DNA of 41,389 nucleotides, taken from NCBI GenBank assembly GCA_965649825.1, contig OZ287694.1, positions 2,327,413-2,368,801 on the forward strand, in the 5' to 3' direction. The position numbers were made by a program, and so were the translations under genes. Origin of the DNA: Penicillus capitatus (taxonomy: Eukaryota > Plantae > Chlorophyta). The number at the start of each line of letters is the position of its first letter. The stretch's first letter is position 1. The notes beneath the pieces were generated by a model. The model did not search any database, was not told the DNA's origin, and saw nothing but the letters and a program-made list of their open reading frames with translations. This document shows positions 11,518 to 24,394 of the stretch, piece after piece.

Positions 11518-12550
11518 TACCTTTTCCATCCCAATTTCAATAAAAGTAAGAACGTATTCAAAACAGAAAAATGGTTTTCAAAAAGTACAGAATCATTTTG
11601 AAACCCAATATTTTACTTTCACAAATGACGACTCCATTTTCAATCTCCATGACAACGATTTCCCATCCGGTAACATCAAATTGAAACTATAATTTCTCAT
11701 TTCAAAACAAGTCATTTCATTTAAAAAATATGTCGTTGGTTTACAAAAGATATCCATTCATTTTCAATGAACATTATCTCATCTTCAAAAAAGATTAAAG
11801 CAATTATAAAAATAAACTCAATTCTGTGTCCCGTCAATGGAGCTTGCAGACGTTCCAATCTGTTACATCTTCAACGTTCCAATTGGACAAGGGATTCTTC
11901 GCCCCCTTTGGAGCGTTCTCGACACGAGTACTTCGGCAACAAGTGAGTGGCGTTTGTCCCTTGGTGTTTCTTTACTTTGTTTTAGGTATGAATGAAGAAA
12001 CAACTCCATAGCCTCGAAGAAGAGGGACTAAGCCAGGATCAAAACGCGGAGTTTACAAAAAGACTCGACGTTCAGCTCGCCTCAGGGTGGTAGAAGAAGC
12101 GAGGCAAGGTAGGGACTGGAAGGACATGGCTTCCAAGAATGGCATTCCATATTCAACTGCAAGAGGATGGGTGGCAAAGAATTGTTTTGAATTGTTTTTG
12201 CTTTTTTTTGGAGTCAGTCTCATAGGTGTGATGTCACTCTTGACATCTTGAGACCGATTTCAAATCGCTTTGGCAGTAATTGAAAAAGGGTTGACAGCAA
12301 ATTAAATTGAAGTAACAGTTGATGTAATTTGTCGACAGATTTTCAAAATGAACGGTTCGCTCTTTAAAAAAGATGACGTTCTTCTAAAATGAAATCATTT
12401 TATTTGAATTCGGACATGGAGTATTTGAAAATGAATTCATTGGATTCAGAGCTGAAATTTAGTTTTTCAAATTGATAATACGCATATTGAATTTGATTTT
12501 TTCGTTTTGAATACGTTCTTACTTTTATTGAAATTGGGATGGAAAAGGTA
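11518..12550 (+). mobile_element. Non-autonomous Tc1/mariner (IS630-Tc1) DNA transposon, 1033 bp
   Basis: Perfect 47-bp TIRs (11518-11564 / 12504-12550) and TA duplication (11516-17, 12551-52). Removing the element plus one TA restores the same 21-nt spacing (TCCGT...TTGCGGC) seen in copy A. Confidence 0.92.
11837..12185 (+). pseudogene. 5' remnant of a spliced Tc1-like transposase (HTH region)
   Basis: ATG at 11837 and GTGAGT...TTTAG intron 11943-11985 that preserves frame. Premature TAG at 12009-12011, then YKKTRRSARLRVVEEARQGRDWKDMASKNGIPYSTARGWVAK (HTH-like), then deletion. Confidence 0.65.
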
Positions 12551-14680
12551 TAGTTGCGGCTTCACCCACCACTGTCGCGTGACCGAGATTCTGAAGACAC
12601 GTGTACTGGCTTGATGGGGACCGCACCACATAACAGTTCTCGTTTTCATAGCGATGGCTGATTGTGAGTTCTTTGTCCGTCTCACACAGTCGCACACGAT
12701 ACTCAAACAAGAAGGTCTTGCTATGAAGTGGCAACACGATTTTCTGGCGAACTCCATAAGTGAAACTTTGTTCCAGCGCGTAACATGTACCTGGACAGAA
12801 ATACAGGAATGGGATGGAGGCTTCCAGATAAGGAGAAAACCGGTAATGAAAACGGGTTTCGTCATCAACCAGCGACATTTCAGCGATCTGACTTTGTAGA
12901 CATGACTGCACAGGCGCCATTCTATATCGATTCTCCTGTTCGCTTCGACCTTCACACATGCCTTCCTGCACGTCACATCCAAAGTCAACAGTGGTATGTG
13001 ACGTGTCACTGTTCGACTTACCAATCGCATCCCAGGAAAGAAACCTCCTCCACACTGAATTCCTCTCCGGGGCATTCGAGAACGTAATTGTTTATCTGGA
13101 CCTGTTGCAGTTGGGATGAAAGCGACGTTGTCGAAGCCGACAATGATACGGCACACCGTAATGGCGGCCTGGTTTTCAGACTCTTTGGTAACTTGCAGTA
13201 CGTATGGGATGTTTCTCCCACGCTGGTTCCAAACGCCGTTGTCTTCAAGAAGCGCGTGTCAGTATTAACCAAATGTGTAAAGACGTTTCGAGCGACGTAC
13301 GTGTCGAGGTGGCCATCCGTTTCCAGAAGAAAACGAAGAGCTTGAGAAAGAGCGGTTTTTGAAACGTCTGTAAAGCACCGAGATGCGCGTGATGACGTGG
13401 CAAGAAATTCGTCATTTCAAAAGGACGAGGGGACATTTTCACAAAGACATCGCCTCCAGTCGCGTTCTTGACGATCCCCGAACGTGCCCGAATGCAATCT
13501 GTCAAGGGACGAACCAATTCGAAAAGCTTCCCGTCTTTGTGGCTGACTATCCTTCTGGTCGCGAATACGTATCGAGTGCGTGCACCATGGCCACATCTCA
13601 CTGGATGCGACACTTGCTACGGTTCAATTTGTTGGTTTTGCCGAATGTCCGGAGTCAGTTTACCCGCATACGAGTGTCCAGGAAGCGCTGCAGTGACCGA
13701 CGACAGAGACAGTCATCAAGTTGTTTCAGAAAAACGCGCTGTGGAGACTCAATTTGTACCTTGAAGAAGAGGACAGTCACTGTGTCGGACGACGCTACTC
13801 GTTCGTGCAAGTGTGTTTCTTCGCACCGACTGTCTCATTGCAGAGCTTTACTGTCCTAAGTGTCGTCATGGGCGGTCACATCAGATACGAGACAGATCGC
13901 TGCAAGGACGCGATGAGCTGGCTCCCGACGCCACTCTTTTATTGTCCCTTTTCCTGTCTTCCGCCGTGAACAGTGATACGGCGGATTTCTTGATACGAGC
14001 GAAAAAAACGTGAACGTGTTAAAAGGACTGGAGTCTGATACAAAAACCCCAATTTATATGCCAATCTGCACGACGCGCACCTCACGTCATGCTAACGTCG
14101 TGGGACGCCTTGCTGGCTGCTTGATGTAACTTTACTTTTCCTTCCTTCCCTTCAGTTCCATCACAACAGATTAGACGGTTCGGATCCTCGTCTCCTCGTC
14201 GAGACATCGCTGCGACAGTCGGTTTGCCGAAAACTGCACTTTCTTGTTGTTGTTGTCTTTTCTTTTCTGCTTTTAAAATTTTGCTCGTGATCTCAGCCAT
14301 TTCCAGTAAGATTACGTCTGAGACTCGAGCATGCATTTGATAGAGTGACAGCAGTTCAACCGTGTCTGTATGTCAGTCAATCAGTCCATAGTGGGTAGGG
14401 GCATAGCGACAAGTGCACGGCAGCAGTCTGAAGAGCGACTCGCTGTTCAGCAAAATTACTTCCTTTTGAGTAGTGCTCGCCAGTGTAACGCCGACGACGA
14501 ATGAAATAATGAGCACTTAAGGACGTCGGTCAGGCAGAATCTTTTGCCCTTACGATCTTGTTGAAAAAAAAACGCTGTCTCCGGCGAGTGGAAGCGAAGA
14601 CCGAAACAGCCGCATGCATGAGTGGTGCTAACGAATCGAGACGAACGCGACTACTCGTCGCATTCAATTTCTTTACCACA

Positions 14681-14800
14681 CTGTCAGTGAACAGCTGTCC
14701 ACTCCTTGCAGCTGCCACGGAGACGCGTTGATATGACGTTTGTGTACGTTTGACGCGTATATAATCCGAACTAATGTACGTTAAAAGAGTCTTTGTAACC
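14681..14800. repeat. Diverged dispersed duplicate of 32535-32650 (probable exon relic)
   Basis: Shared TGTCAGTG(A/G)ACAGCTGTCCAC...GGAGACGCGTT...TGACGCGTATATA(A/T)TCCGAACT. Minus-strand peptides TKTLLTYISSDYIRVKRTQTS vs TKTVVTFTSSEYIRVRRKQTS. Confidence 0.75.
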
Positions 14801-14899
14801 AATAAGCCTTCGTCGTAATCGCGTCGTTCGTCGACTGCGCGACACACACGGAACTCAATCTTTCCATTAAAAAGTCAACCCTGTAAGAGGTTTCGCCTT

Positions 14900-16130
14900 C
14901 ACGGTGTTTGCTCATTTATTCGGCAATTCACACATTCAGCGAGATACTGATGTGTCCGGGGCGAAGAAGTTCTCATGACAGAACGCGTTTTATATAATTA
15001 CTTCACTGGTCGGACGTTACATGACGATTAGACTGCCACAACAAGACAGACAATTCTGATGGCCAAGAAACCTCGTCCAAAAATCGCATTGCCGTGTTGA
15101 AGTGCCATGGATGCAATCGGAAGAATGTTAGCGAGGATATGACTATTCAATCGTTCTTTGCTGACTTGTCGTACAAAACGTCTCGTCCAAGAAGACTCTC
15201 GCCATTTATCGAGACGGCATAAAAATGATATACAACAATGGACATGGACACGAGAGAGACTATAAAAGCCACTGAGCTAGAGTAAGCAGTGGAATGCTCG
15301 CTGTTTTTAAAAGATTTCGTCAATCTCTCCTTGACGAGGATCTAAGGTTATTCACGTGCTCGACTTTTGAACTTCCTTTGTGCACTGTCCCATTGGATCG
15401 ATGTCGCTTCACCTTAGAGCGAATCGATCGTCCGACTTTGCCGGGATCTCAGCGTATGCACTTGAAAAATTTCTACCGTTTTGCAATCGCAATTATTAGA
15501 CCATTTCAAAAAGTTAGTTTGCTCGCGCGTCCTGTATCAAGAGATTGGACAAGAGAAATCTAGTTGTATGACGTCGGCTGGTGATATTGGGCTGAGTGCT
15601 TCGACATCTGCTGTAAATATCATTGCCTTTTGGTAGCTACCGAGACTTTCTGAATGGCCTCGAGGGTATGCGTTGTATTTAAGATTGCTGAAGATGTGAT
15701 TGTCAAAAGTGGGTACATACAGAATGCGTTCAAGTACTCTATTGCTTGCATCAAACTGAAGCCCTGTCTGTACCAACGGTCTTGAAGGATATACACCGTT
15801 CTTCTTCGTTCGTGGACTTTTAGGATGACTTATAACTTTAAATAAAGTCTTCGAGTATCACTCTTATGGATTGTTCATCACTTCCTTAGCAATGGTGCTC
15901 ACGCACTCTATGGCTTCCTTTATCATAAGATTCTTCTTTATAGTGCTTTGGTGTGTCCGCAGAATAAGATTCCATGACTGCATCACACTTATTACCAGAT
16001 TCTTTGCTTCCTCATGCGTCACAACTGAGTACATTTTAGCATCTTGCACTGTTGTCATGACCATCGCGGTGTATAGTTTCAAGTTAATTCGATAAATTCC
16101 CTGATTCTTGTCTGCAGGCTTCACAATCTA
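14900..16130 (-). mobile_element. Degenerate Penelope-like retroelement reverse transcriptase relic
   Basis: Ordered motifs across stops and frameshifts: KPADKNQGIY...Y, LKVH/KKNGVYPSRPLV, MIFTADVEAL, HILANIL, RFLDE (YxDD-like), RTHQYL. Boundaries approximate. Confidence 0.65.
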
Positions 16131-17279
16131 TTGTTCTAAATGCTAGCCTTAGGAGGCTTTGCGAACGGAATTTCTCGCTGGTAAATGCATTGTTGCTTAG
16201 ATGGCTATGGCGACCTATCACCATTCGATAGGGATAACGAAATATTTGCAAGAATCATCTTTGGTATCATTGGTGACATGAAAACATCGCAACCCGAAAA
16301 TAACAATCTCTAGAACTTTGCGGAATATGTTTAAAATGTTATGACATTAAACAAAATGATAGAGAAGATACCTTGTTGAAGGAAGTTGAAATGCCACGTA
16401 CCGTTCAAACGGTATGCAGAAAAGTCCGATTATCCGATTGCGTTCAAAAGGAAGAAAATACTAACCGAGTTCGTGACGTTTCTTAACAAATTTTGATGAC
16501 AGAATCTTAAATTCAGTTGTCAGACCGTTGTCAAAACAAAATATACACCATTAAACCCTAGCTGATCACAAAGGCCGATCGCGAAGTCTTAAGAAAGAAA
16601 GTACTTAACGCGGCTCAAAAGACATCTTGACGTCATATATATTACGTTTTCCGATATCCGCTTTTGTGCGTATCGTCGACGCAGAATACAGACAAATAGT
16701 ATGTGTATCAGAGTTTCGATTAAGAACTAGGTCCTGTTAATACTTTTCAAACAACGTTGTGGCTATGCGTTCCTTAATGGCATCGGCGTTACGGTGCCGA
16801 CAACACGGATTGCTCATATTGGACACTTGTTCAAGAAAGAACTTAGCGTTCGTAGTCTATCTTAAACTCGCTTGATCAGCAAGACAAAACTCTCCTATCA
16901 GGTGCCAAGCTACCATTATGAAGACTCTTTAGAAAATCGGCAAAACCAGCAGACGCAATTGCACTGTTAATGCGAAAAATATGTCCTATGGACACCGGAC
17001 CACCTTTCTATAGACTGTCGTTCTTGTTCATTCGGACTGTAACTGTCATTCTTTCCGTCAATTAAGATTCTATGGTAAACGTGCATGGCTCAATGGTTGA
17101 TGGTGTATATCTTATTGTTGACAACCTCTGTTGCACAACCAGGAGGTATGAAGACGGGGTTAGATGTCATAGTAGTGATGAGACATATAGTGGAACACAT
17201 GACTTAACTTCATCACGGATAACGATCATGAGTTTGTGAGATTCTGGATTAGTTAGCCACGCTGTGCAAATAGCAAAAC

Positions 17280-17360
17280 AATCCTAAGAGGGTAAGTGTA
17301 GAAAGTGAATATGATGTTTTAAGCAAAGTTGAGCAATGGATTCAAATCTAATTGTTAAGC
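17280..17360 (+). pseudogene. Possible BACK-domain (BTB-BACK) fragment
   Basis: NPKRVSVESEYDVLSKVEQWIQ* resembles the BACK motif L-x-V-x-S-E-x-x-V-F-x-A-V-x-x-W. Surrounded by stops. Confidence 0.35.
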
Positions 17361-17699
17361 GCAATTGGTTCGCAGAAGAACTCAGTACTTAACGCAATTA
17401 TTTCGAATCGATTCGATGAGTTTCTATCAGGCCTAACAGATTTCTTGAAGAAGGAAAGTGTCCCTTGTGCTAACGGATACGATTGACTCCTGCCTTTTTA
17501 CGCATAAACTAAATGGTTTTGCAATATGATTTTTGTCTATCGAAAGCTCCAAGCTTATCCTTCATATGAATGACAGCAACCGCAGTCGTTTCGCATCACA
17601 CACAAAATACGTTTCGTAGCTGAACGCTTTATTGATAGCTGAGATGAATGAGTTTACGTATTTAAGGAATGCAGAGTTGACGCACAATACAGACAAACA

Positions 17700-19690
17700 T
17701 TATCTCCATCGGAGTCTCGATTGAAGACTAGCGCCTGTTAATGTTAACATACTAAAAGTTCTACGTTTAACAGTAACGCTGTGTCGTGCGTTCCTTACAT
17801 TGAACAGACGCGAGATGAGGCGTCGTCCACACTGCAGAGAGGTGCTCTGTGGCGCATGACCTGTGTAAGAAAGACCGTTTTTTCTGGGCTCCTTAATCGC
17901 ACCTCGGCGTTCTTCGTTCAGTTTCTTCTTGAGAGTTCTGCGATCCTTCATCTCACATTCCTTCCAATTGCGAATCTCATCAATCTGCGTCCTTTCTTCG
18001 AAGGCCGAACTTCGCTGCTGTGTGCCAACGGTGCCAGACCCTTTTCTGCTCAACGGTTCTCTATTTGCTGCGCAGTCGACAATCGATGTCTTCGAAGACA
18101 ATGACACCTTCTGACAGAGATCCCTGAGCTCTCCTGACAGATGCAACAATCCAGAGAGTTTCTCGATCAGAGATGTGACTGGAGCAAAGATCTCGGGAAA
18201 GCAAATGGCCTTCCGATAGTTATCAGAGATACGACTGACACCAAGCACGCACGCGAGAATGATTCTCTGTTCAAAACCGGACGTCTCTGGACCTTCCATT
18301 AACTCTCTGAGTGTGAAGGGCACCAATCTCTTCGCTTCTGACGCCATGGCTACAGGGGTGTCTTCTGTCAGCACAGACCTCAGCTGTTCTGTGTAGAACA
18401 ACAGAGCTTCTGGGCAGTATCTATTGCCGAGTGCTTCCTCCAACAGCGATGCCGCATACAGACCCATGACTCTGACATGTCTTGACTGGCAGTACCCTTC
18501 ACAGAGATAACGGCAGAGCAGTAAGGCAACAGAGTGGGAAACGGGATGAAATTCTGGCCCGATAGGAAATGCATTGAGCAGCAGTTTGAGGCAGAGAATA
18601 TCACTCAGCGGAGGCCAAGCTCCTTGACAGTCTGCAGTTTGTCTCTTAGAGAAGTCCAGATTCATGGCTTCGATTCTGTTCTTGGCAACGATCCATGCGT
18701 CTTGCCCAAGAAGCTCAGTCAACTGAGTGATATGCCGTGTGAGGACATCCAGTCTGTCTAAGGAAACGTCTTCAGAGGCTTCATCTTTGAAGCACTCGAA
18801 CAATGTCTCGGCCAAAGCCTGGCGAGCACAAAGTTGCTCAGCTCTGAACGCCGGAGAGCGTAGGTACATACTTGTGGTCCTCCCCTCCATCGTCTGTCTT
18901 GTGTTTGTCGACTCCATTCCTGAACCGTGTAATGACTTCCTTAGATCTCAAGTCTCGGTGCAGTTCTTTGTTGACTGCCTGAATTCTACCTGCTTCGCTG
19001 GAGAGTGCTCATTGGATAGGGTAGACTGATGTTCGTTTCTGGTCATCTCAAATGACTCCTCGTCGGGCGACCGAGATCTGCGATCCTGCTCGGATGTATG
19101 GTCGAAAGGGCCAAGGATCGCCGACCTCCGTCGATCGAGCATCTTTACGATTTTATGGCTTCTTAAGTGCGGCGACGCTTCTCTACAGAGAATCCCGGGT
19201 GAACAGAACGACCCGGAAGTCTACCGTCGAGGCGTGTAATTCCGAGGGAGATCCAGGAAGATCGTCTGGCATTGGCGTCTGATGCTCGACCATCCATCCA
19301 CCCCTTGGTCAGTTGCCGTACAATGAAACCGGCAGGAAAAGCGAGACGCCATTCTCGTTGCTCGAACACGAACGTCTTCGTCCACTACCCTCCGTCGTCT
19401 TCGCCACCATCGGTCTTCAAGTTCGGCTTGACAGACCACTGCATACGGTGCGACGTGAAAACGTACACATACGAAATACTGTCTTCGTCTTGTCGTATAC
19501 ACTTCTGATCCCCTTGCAGAAATGCTTAACTCTTTGCGGCCGCTTTTCTCGAACTGCATGTGGGATTTGAAAACAGCAAACTCAGCTGGACGACTCCCAA
19601 ACGGCTCTTCTGAATCTTCCTGCCACCCGCCTTCCACGTTGGAGACCGACATTCTTGCTTTCGAACGCACAACTTACAGATTCACAACAA
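17700..19690 (-). pseudogene. NOP14: Nop14-like nucleolar (40S biogenesis) protein, degenerate copy
   Basis: WPPLSDILCLKLLLNAFP...FHPVSHSVALLLCRYL, NRYCPEALLF and LKKKLNEERRGAIKEPRK match the Nop14 C-terminal half. A frameshifted upstream AFESK...GRRV segment resembles the N-terminus. Confidence 0.7.
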
Positions 19691-21025
19691 ACCGTAGGCA
19701 GCCGAGAGCCGACACCTGCTACAGCTGATGGATCCTTAGCCCGCCAACAGCATCGAGAGGACGGAAGCGTCATTTGGTCGCGGAGGATGGAGTAAGCTTT
19801 CAGCACCTCTTCTGGCGCGGATGTAATGCAACACGTCTTGCACGTCACATCACATGGAGGTCGTCAGTGGGCTGTGGTAGCGAGAAGTTGATCATCGAAC
19901 CATGTCAGACCGAGAAACGAAATGTTCTCTGTCTGAAGCATCTCCCCTGGAGAAATTAAGAGCTCGTTCGGCGATTTTAGCTACACAGGGAGTCAGGGGA
20001 AGGGATAGAGTGAAATCTATGTGGCATACCAGAACGGAAGCCTTCTCTCCACTGAATCCCCCACTCTGAATTCATATTCTGTATCGTGCCAAGTCTCGGA
20101 GACTCGGCGTCATGGCTTTATTCGCATGTGGACGGAACGGCGTCGGCTGCTTACCTGAAGCCATCCGCCTGTCAGCGACAGGGAGTCGTACGGATCCGAC
20201 TGAAAGGTCGGTGGGATGGCGCGAGTTGTCTGAAGAGAGACGAGATGAACGAGTCGGCGGAGAGACTCCGTCGTCTAAAGCTGCCTGCCACTGGCGTGCC
20301 GAGTCCGCCCACAGGCGATCTTCACGTCGAATCTCGCCATCACTACAATCTTCTCAAAAATGAGAACCGTGAAATCGATCATCATGCTTTCCCCTTCATA
20401 GCGCGTCGGTTACGGTTTGGTCGTCGTGGCTGCTCTACACAGCAGACTCTTGTATTGCGAATCGCCTTTTCGCGTTCGAAATGCGAGTCAGAGATACGTC
20501 GTCGCCATTGCAGTACCGCCACGTCCAGGGAGGTCCAGCTGGATACAGAGGGTAATGGATTATCTGACGATCTTTGTCCAACTGTACCTCGACGCTTTTT
20601 TGAAACATCCAGCAGTCCCATCTTATACATCAATCACATGCATCCGTCGTTTATTCTAGAGCATCGACGCTGCACCCGATTCCACGTCCTTCTCTTTCTT
20701 CATTTAAACAAACATGAAAGATGATGCATCCCTGCGCTCTCCAAACAGGCTAACTGCTGCCAGGAGTCTATCAAATGTACACGATCGGTCAATACCAAGT
20801 ACAAAAGCCCGACAAAATTCAAAAAGTCAAAATGAGGCCACTGCCTCCACAGATACGACACAAGGTGTCAAATGTCTAGAAAAAACAGAACAGCGACAGG
20901 CCCGTCCGTCACTCAAACCACCATTTCGACTACAAAACAGTCGGAAGGATAAAAGCACCCTCTTAGACAGCACTGTCACCGTGGATGGCACAGTGCTTAT
21001 GAGTACATCAAACACTTAATCAGAG

Positions 21026-21266
21026 TTAGAAAATCTTGGAAACAAATCCAGTGCATGGCTCTAAACAGATCGGACATCGACGACGACCTTCTCTGTACAA
21101 TCTCCTCGCGCATTCCTCACACGCACAAATGTGGACCCTACACATGACCACCCAATGACATCACTCAAGTGATCAATACACGCTGGACGGACGTCTCGCC
21201 GTGGTAGAATCCCGATGTCTGTGGGTTTTCCAGACAGACAACGCACGTTGTGTTCGGGTCATTGAA
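21026..21266 (-). CDS. C2H2C4 (MDM2-like) RING domain exons of copy D
   Basis: GT-AG introns 21267-21325 and 21138-21192 give FNDPNTTCVVCLENPQTSGFYHGETVHICACEECARRLYREGRRRCPICLEPCTGFVSKIF*. All eight metal ligands are present. Confidence 0.88.
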
Positions 21267-23470
21267 CTGAATCGCACACGCATGGAGTGCAGACAGTACG
21301 ATTTACGAGAGAGAACTGGTTGTACGTGGCCATCATGACGGTGTGACTCGCGTGACGCGTGGTGACGCGAATGCTCTTGGCGAACGGCTTGAAGCTCTCG
21401 GAGAACGTCATCAACCGTGACAACTTCATTCTCGGCCAACGGTCGTAGCAAGACAGTGCTTCCAGACACCAAACCAAACTACGTGCATTTGGCGTCAGAT
21501 CTCGGCCACTCTTACACAAAGTACCTCTCTCGCTGTCTTCTGAAAAGCGCGGATCTGTTTTGCGTGGTTCTCGACGTCCACGATGAAGAAAGCGCACTCC
21601 ATGTCTTGCAGTTTATCGCACAGACGGTACAGGTCGTCGAAGCAGATGGAATGGAGTTTTGTATTCGCATCTGCCACGATGCTCCCACAGTACTCCACTC
21701 TGTGCTCTCGAGGATTCAAGAACATACAAAACAGCAACACCATAGAAGGCGGCGAGCATCGCACTAGCTGATCCTCTTCGCTGGTATGCTTGTAGAGCGT
21801 GACGACACGACAATTGTCGATATCTCTCTGTTCAGATAGCTCACACAGACGGAAATCGAGTTCCTCTAATGTGTCCAGAAGAACGGCTCTGGAAAAGACC
21901 CCGTTCTTCTTTCCGCATAGCAGCCAGAATGTCGTCTGGCGTGGATCCCATCTCAGCTGTTTCTGTATCTGCACCATTTCGCCATGATCTGGATCTCTGT
22001 TACTTAAGTGTACCTTCCGTTTGACCGTCTTCAGCGACTCGTGTGGTGGGAAGAGGTTGAGTTGGCTGCCCGATACGTCGAAGAGATGGACGGATCCAAA
22101 GTTTCGAACGTGGTTTTGGATGTGACTGTCCGCGATGGATACGATCACGACACGTGTTTCGAGCTGATGGAACGTATCTGCCAATCCAGACGTTGATCCG
22201 ATAAACGAAAGGCGTATTCCAAACTTCAACCAGCCGTCCAGGGCAAAGGAAGGACAGTCATTGCTCTCTCCATACGGCTCCGGAAGATCGAAAACAAACG
22301 GAATCGTCCTCTCTTGCGATCCTTGATGCTCTGCAAACAACACAACACTTCTATCGACACTATTCCCCATCTCTCCATAGAATGGTGCGAAGGCCGATCT
22401 CTCGTGGTTGAGTAAATTGCTGCTATCGATTGGATATGCTGCTCACTTTGAATAGAGCTCAGTTCCGGAAAGGATTGGTCGATAAGGACGGCTTTACTCT
22501 CGAGCAACTGGCATTCGGTGCTGGACAGATCCATGACTTCGAGCTTCATACGCCCGTGACCACCTGCGTTGTACAGAAAGAGACCCCTGAACAGCAGAAC
22601 CTTTTCTCGGAAATCCATCACAAGCGACAGTAGACCAGATCTTCCCACGGGAGAGAAATCTGCCAGCCCAGAAGAATGCCTCTCTTGAATATGGCTTCAA
22701 TCGCCACTGAACACCATCCGCCATCGAGATCTCACTTACTTCGCATTTCCTTACCACGCAATACGTTTCTGTCTGTCCTTCATGTACGTTGAGTTCCTCT
22801 TCGTCTGACGCGTACAGTTGCATGAGGAACGAGGCCACAAAGAATCCGCTCGAATTGGGCTGAGCTTCTGCAAAGGTGCCACCGTAGAGGCCGTTCTGCT
22901 GAAGAAGCGTCGATGGTCCTGTCACAGCGAAATGGGGACATACACGGACGGGTATTAACACTCGATCTGCCTGACCAGGAATGCGGACAGGTTTTATCAT
23001 CATCCAACAACAACGAAGGGGCGTTTCTGTGATGACCGAACTCCGCAAACGCCAGAGCGCCTCGACGCTTCCGTTCTCCTTGGCCGTCACACATGCTGAC
23101 CTGCACGTCACATTAACATCCTTGTCACAGTGTGCGTGCGTGCGTGCGTGCGAGATCTCGTTTGTCGAACCAGTCGTATCCCAAAGCTGAAAGCGTTTTT
23201 GTCACGAGCTGCTCTCCAGGCCTTCTTAAGAGGCTCTCGTGTACATAGACCTGCGTCGATGTGAATAGCTGACGGATCGTGAGGGGACGGGAGGGAGTCT
23301 ACGAAGAAACAGCTGGTTCGACCAAAAACGACGTGTGCGCCCTCTGCGTACGGAACGCCGTTGCACTCGCCGCGCTCTCCAACAAGAGCAACTCATTGAC
23401 ATTCATGGAACCGTGTGCGTCTTGTTGCGCACGACTGACTCACCATACGCCAACGCCATCTCTGTAGACG
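21026..23470 (-). CDS. MATH-repeat + USP7-type UBL + MDM2-type RING gene, copy D (candidate E3 ligase; intactness unresolved)
   Basis: FALDGWLKFGIRL, VVIVSIADSHIQNHV, LLFCMFLNPREHRVEYCGSIV. Terminal exons 21193-21266 and 21026-21137 splice into a RING. 5' boundary approximate. Confidence 0.75.
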
Positions 23471-23899
23471 GGTGACGAAAGAGCAAGGATACAACGCGCT
23501 TGGTCAGGTTTGTTCAGGAGACAGACGAGCACGACACCGTGCAGCCCACGGATACCCTGTCACATCAGCTCGATCATGCTCCCTGCCGTCAGCGTGGAGA
23601 TGTGCCGGTCGTTTACGACTTCACTAATGCGTCTCATGACATCGTCAACGTGATGCGTGACGTCCGACGATGACGCATCCGTGCAGTGAAGGGACGACAA
23701 TATTAGCTTTCTCAACATTCCATTCTATTTCTGTCTCTCTCTACGAGCCGGCAACGGAAACGAGTCGTCGTCTAACATGCGGTCGTCTTTCGGTAATCGA
23801 TCGATTACCATACCCCTGTCGCGTTCACACAGCGCGACAGTCAAACAGGACATAGGGTGTCGAACGGGATACAGGACGAAATCAAAGTGAACGAGTATC

Positions 23900-24140
23900 A
23901 TGTGTCGCCGGGCGATGTGACTCTGTCTTGTTTCTGAGGGTCCATGTTTCAGGGGGGTGCTGGTTGAATCATCCGAGGCCCTTTTCTCTGGTTCTGGTGC
24001 TAGGATGATTCACCTACCGAGTCACGTCGCGTCACCATGGGACTATATAATGCACAATCTGACCTTTGTTTCACCTTCTCCGAACACTGTAACAAGTCTT
24101 CCGCTGTGAATCGTTTGGTGCGGCACTTCCGCGCGACATC
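23900..24140 (-). repeat. Triplicated Cys-rich exon/intron relic (with 25120-25345 and ~28800-29045) of the multi-TM receptor-like family
   Basis: Near-identical CACAATCTGA...GTTTCACCTTCTCCGAACACTGTAACAAGTCTTCCGCTGTGAATCGTTTGGTGCGG at ~24052 and ~25261, with a diverged copy at ~28957. The minus strand has GT...AG intron-like borders. Confidence 0.65.
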
Positions 24141-24394
24141 ATGGACAGAAAAGCCTTTCTGGTACGCTAACTGTCGGGATCGCTGTAACGATGCGCTTCA
24201 CACGAATCGGCTCTCAGCGCGAACGACGACGTGAACGCACGCTCAGACCGCGAACACAGGAATACGAGTTAATTAAATGATACTGTCGCGTTTAAGTACT
24301 CGCGGTAATTGGGGATTCCCTAACCTCAAGAGCAACAGCTGTGAACTCCTGCCCACGTTCAACAACCATCAGTCTACCGTTATTGCAACAGCAG

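Larger units (their letters stand above)
9934..13450 (-). pseudogene. MATH-repeat + USP7-type UBL family gene, copy C, disrupted by two insertions
   Basis: FMRDGWLKIGLCF, IRVLNDGDIRKRV and LLFCIFMDPRTKKMTYLGSVEV segments. A TIR element sits in an exon (11518-12550) and a 153-bp insertion sits in the last intron. Confidence 0.75.

Noticed and set aside
14040-14200. Ankyrin-like KLHQAASKASHDV fragment
   Set aside because: A single weak repeat followed by a stop; insufficient.
20086-20724. 212-aa plus-strand ORF
   Set aside because: Non-ATG start, no recognisable domain, Arg/Ser-rich composition typical of non-coding frames here.
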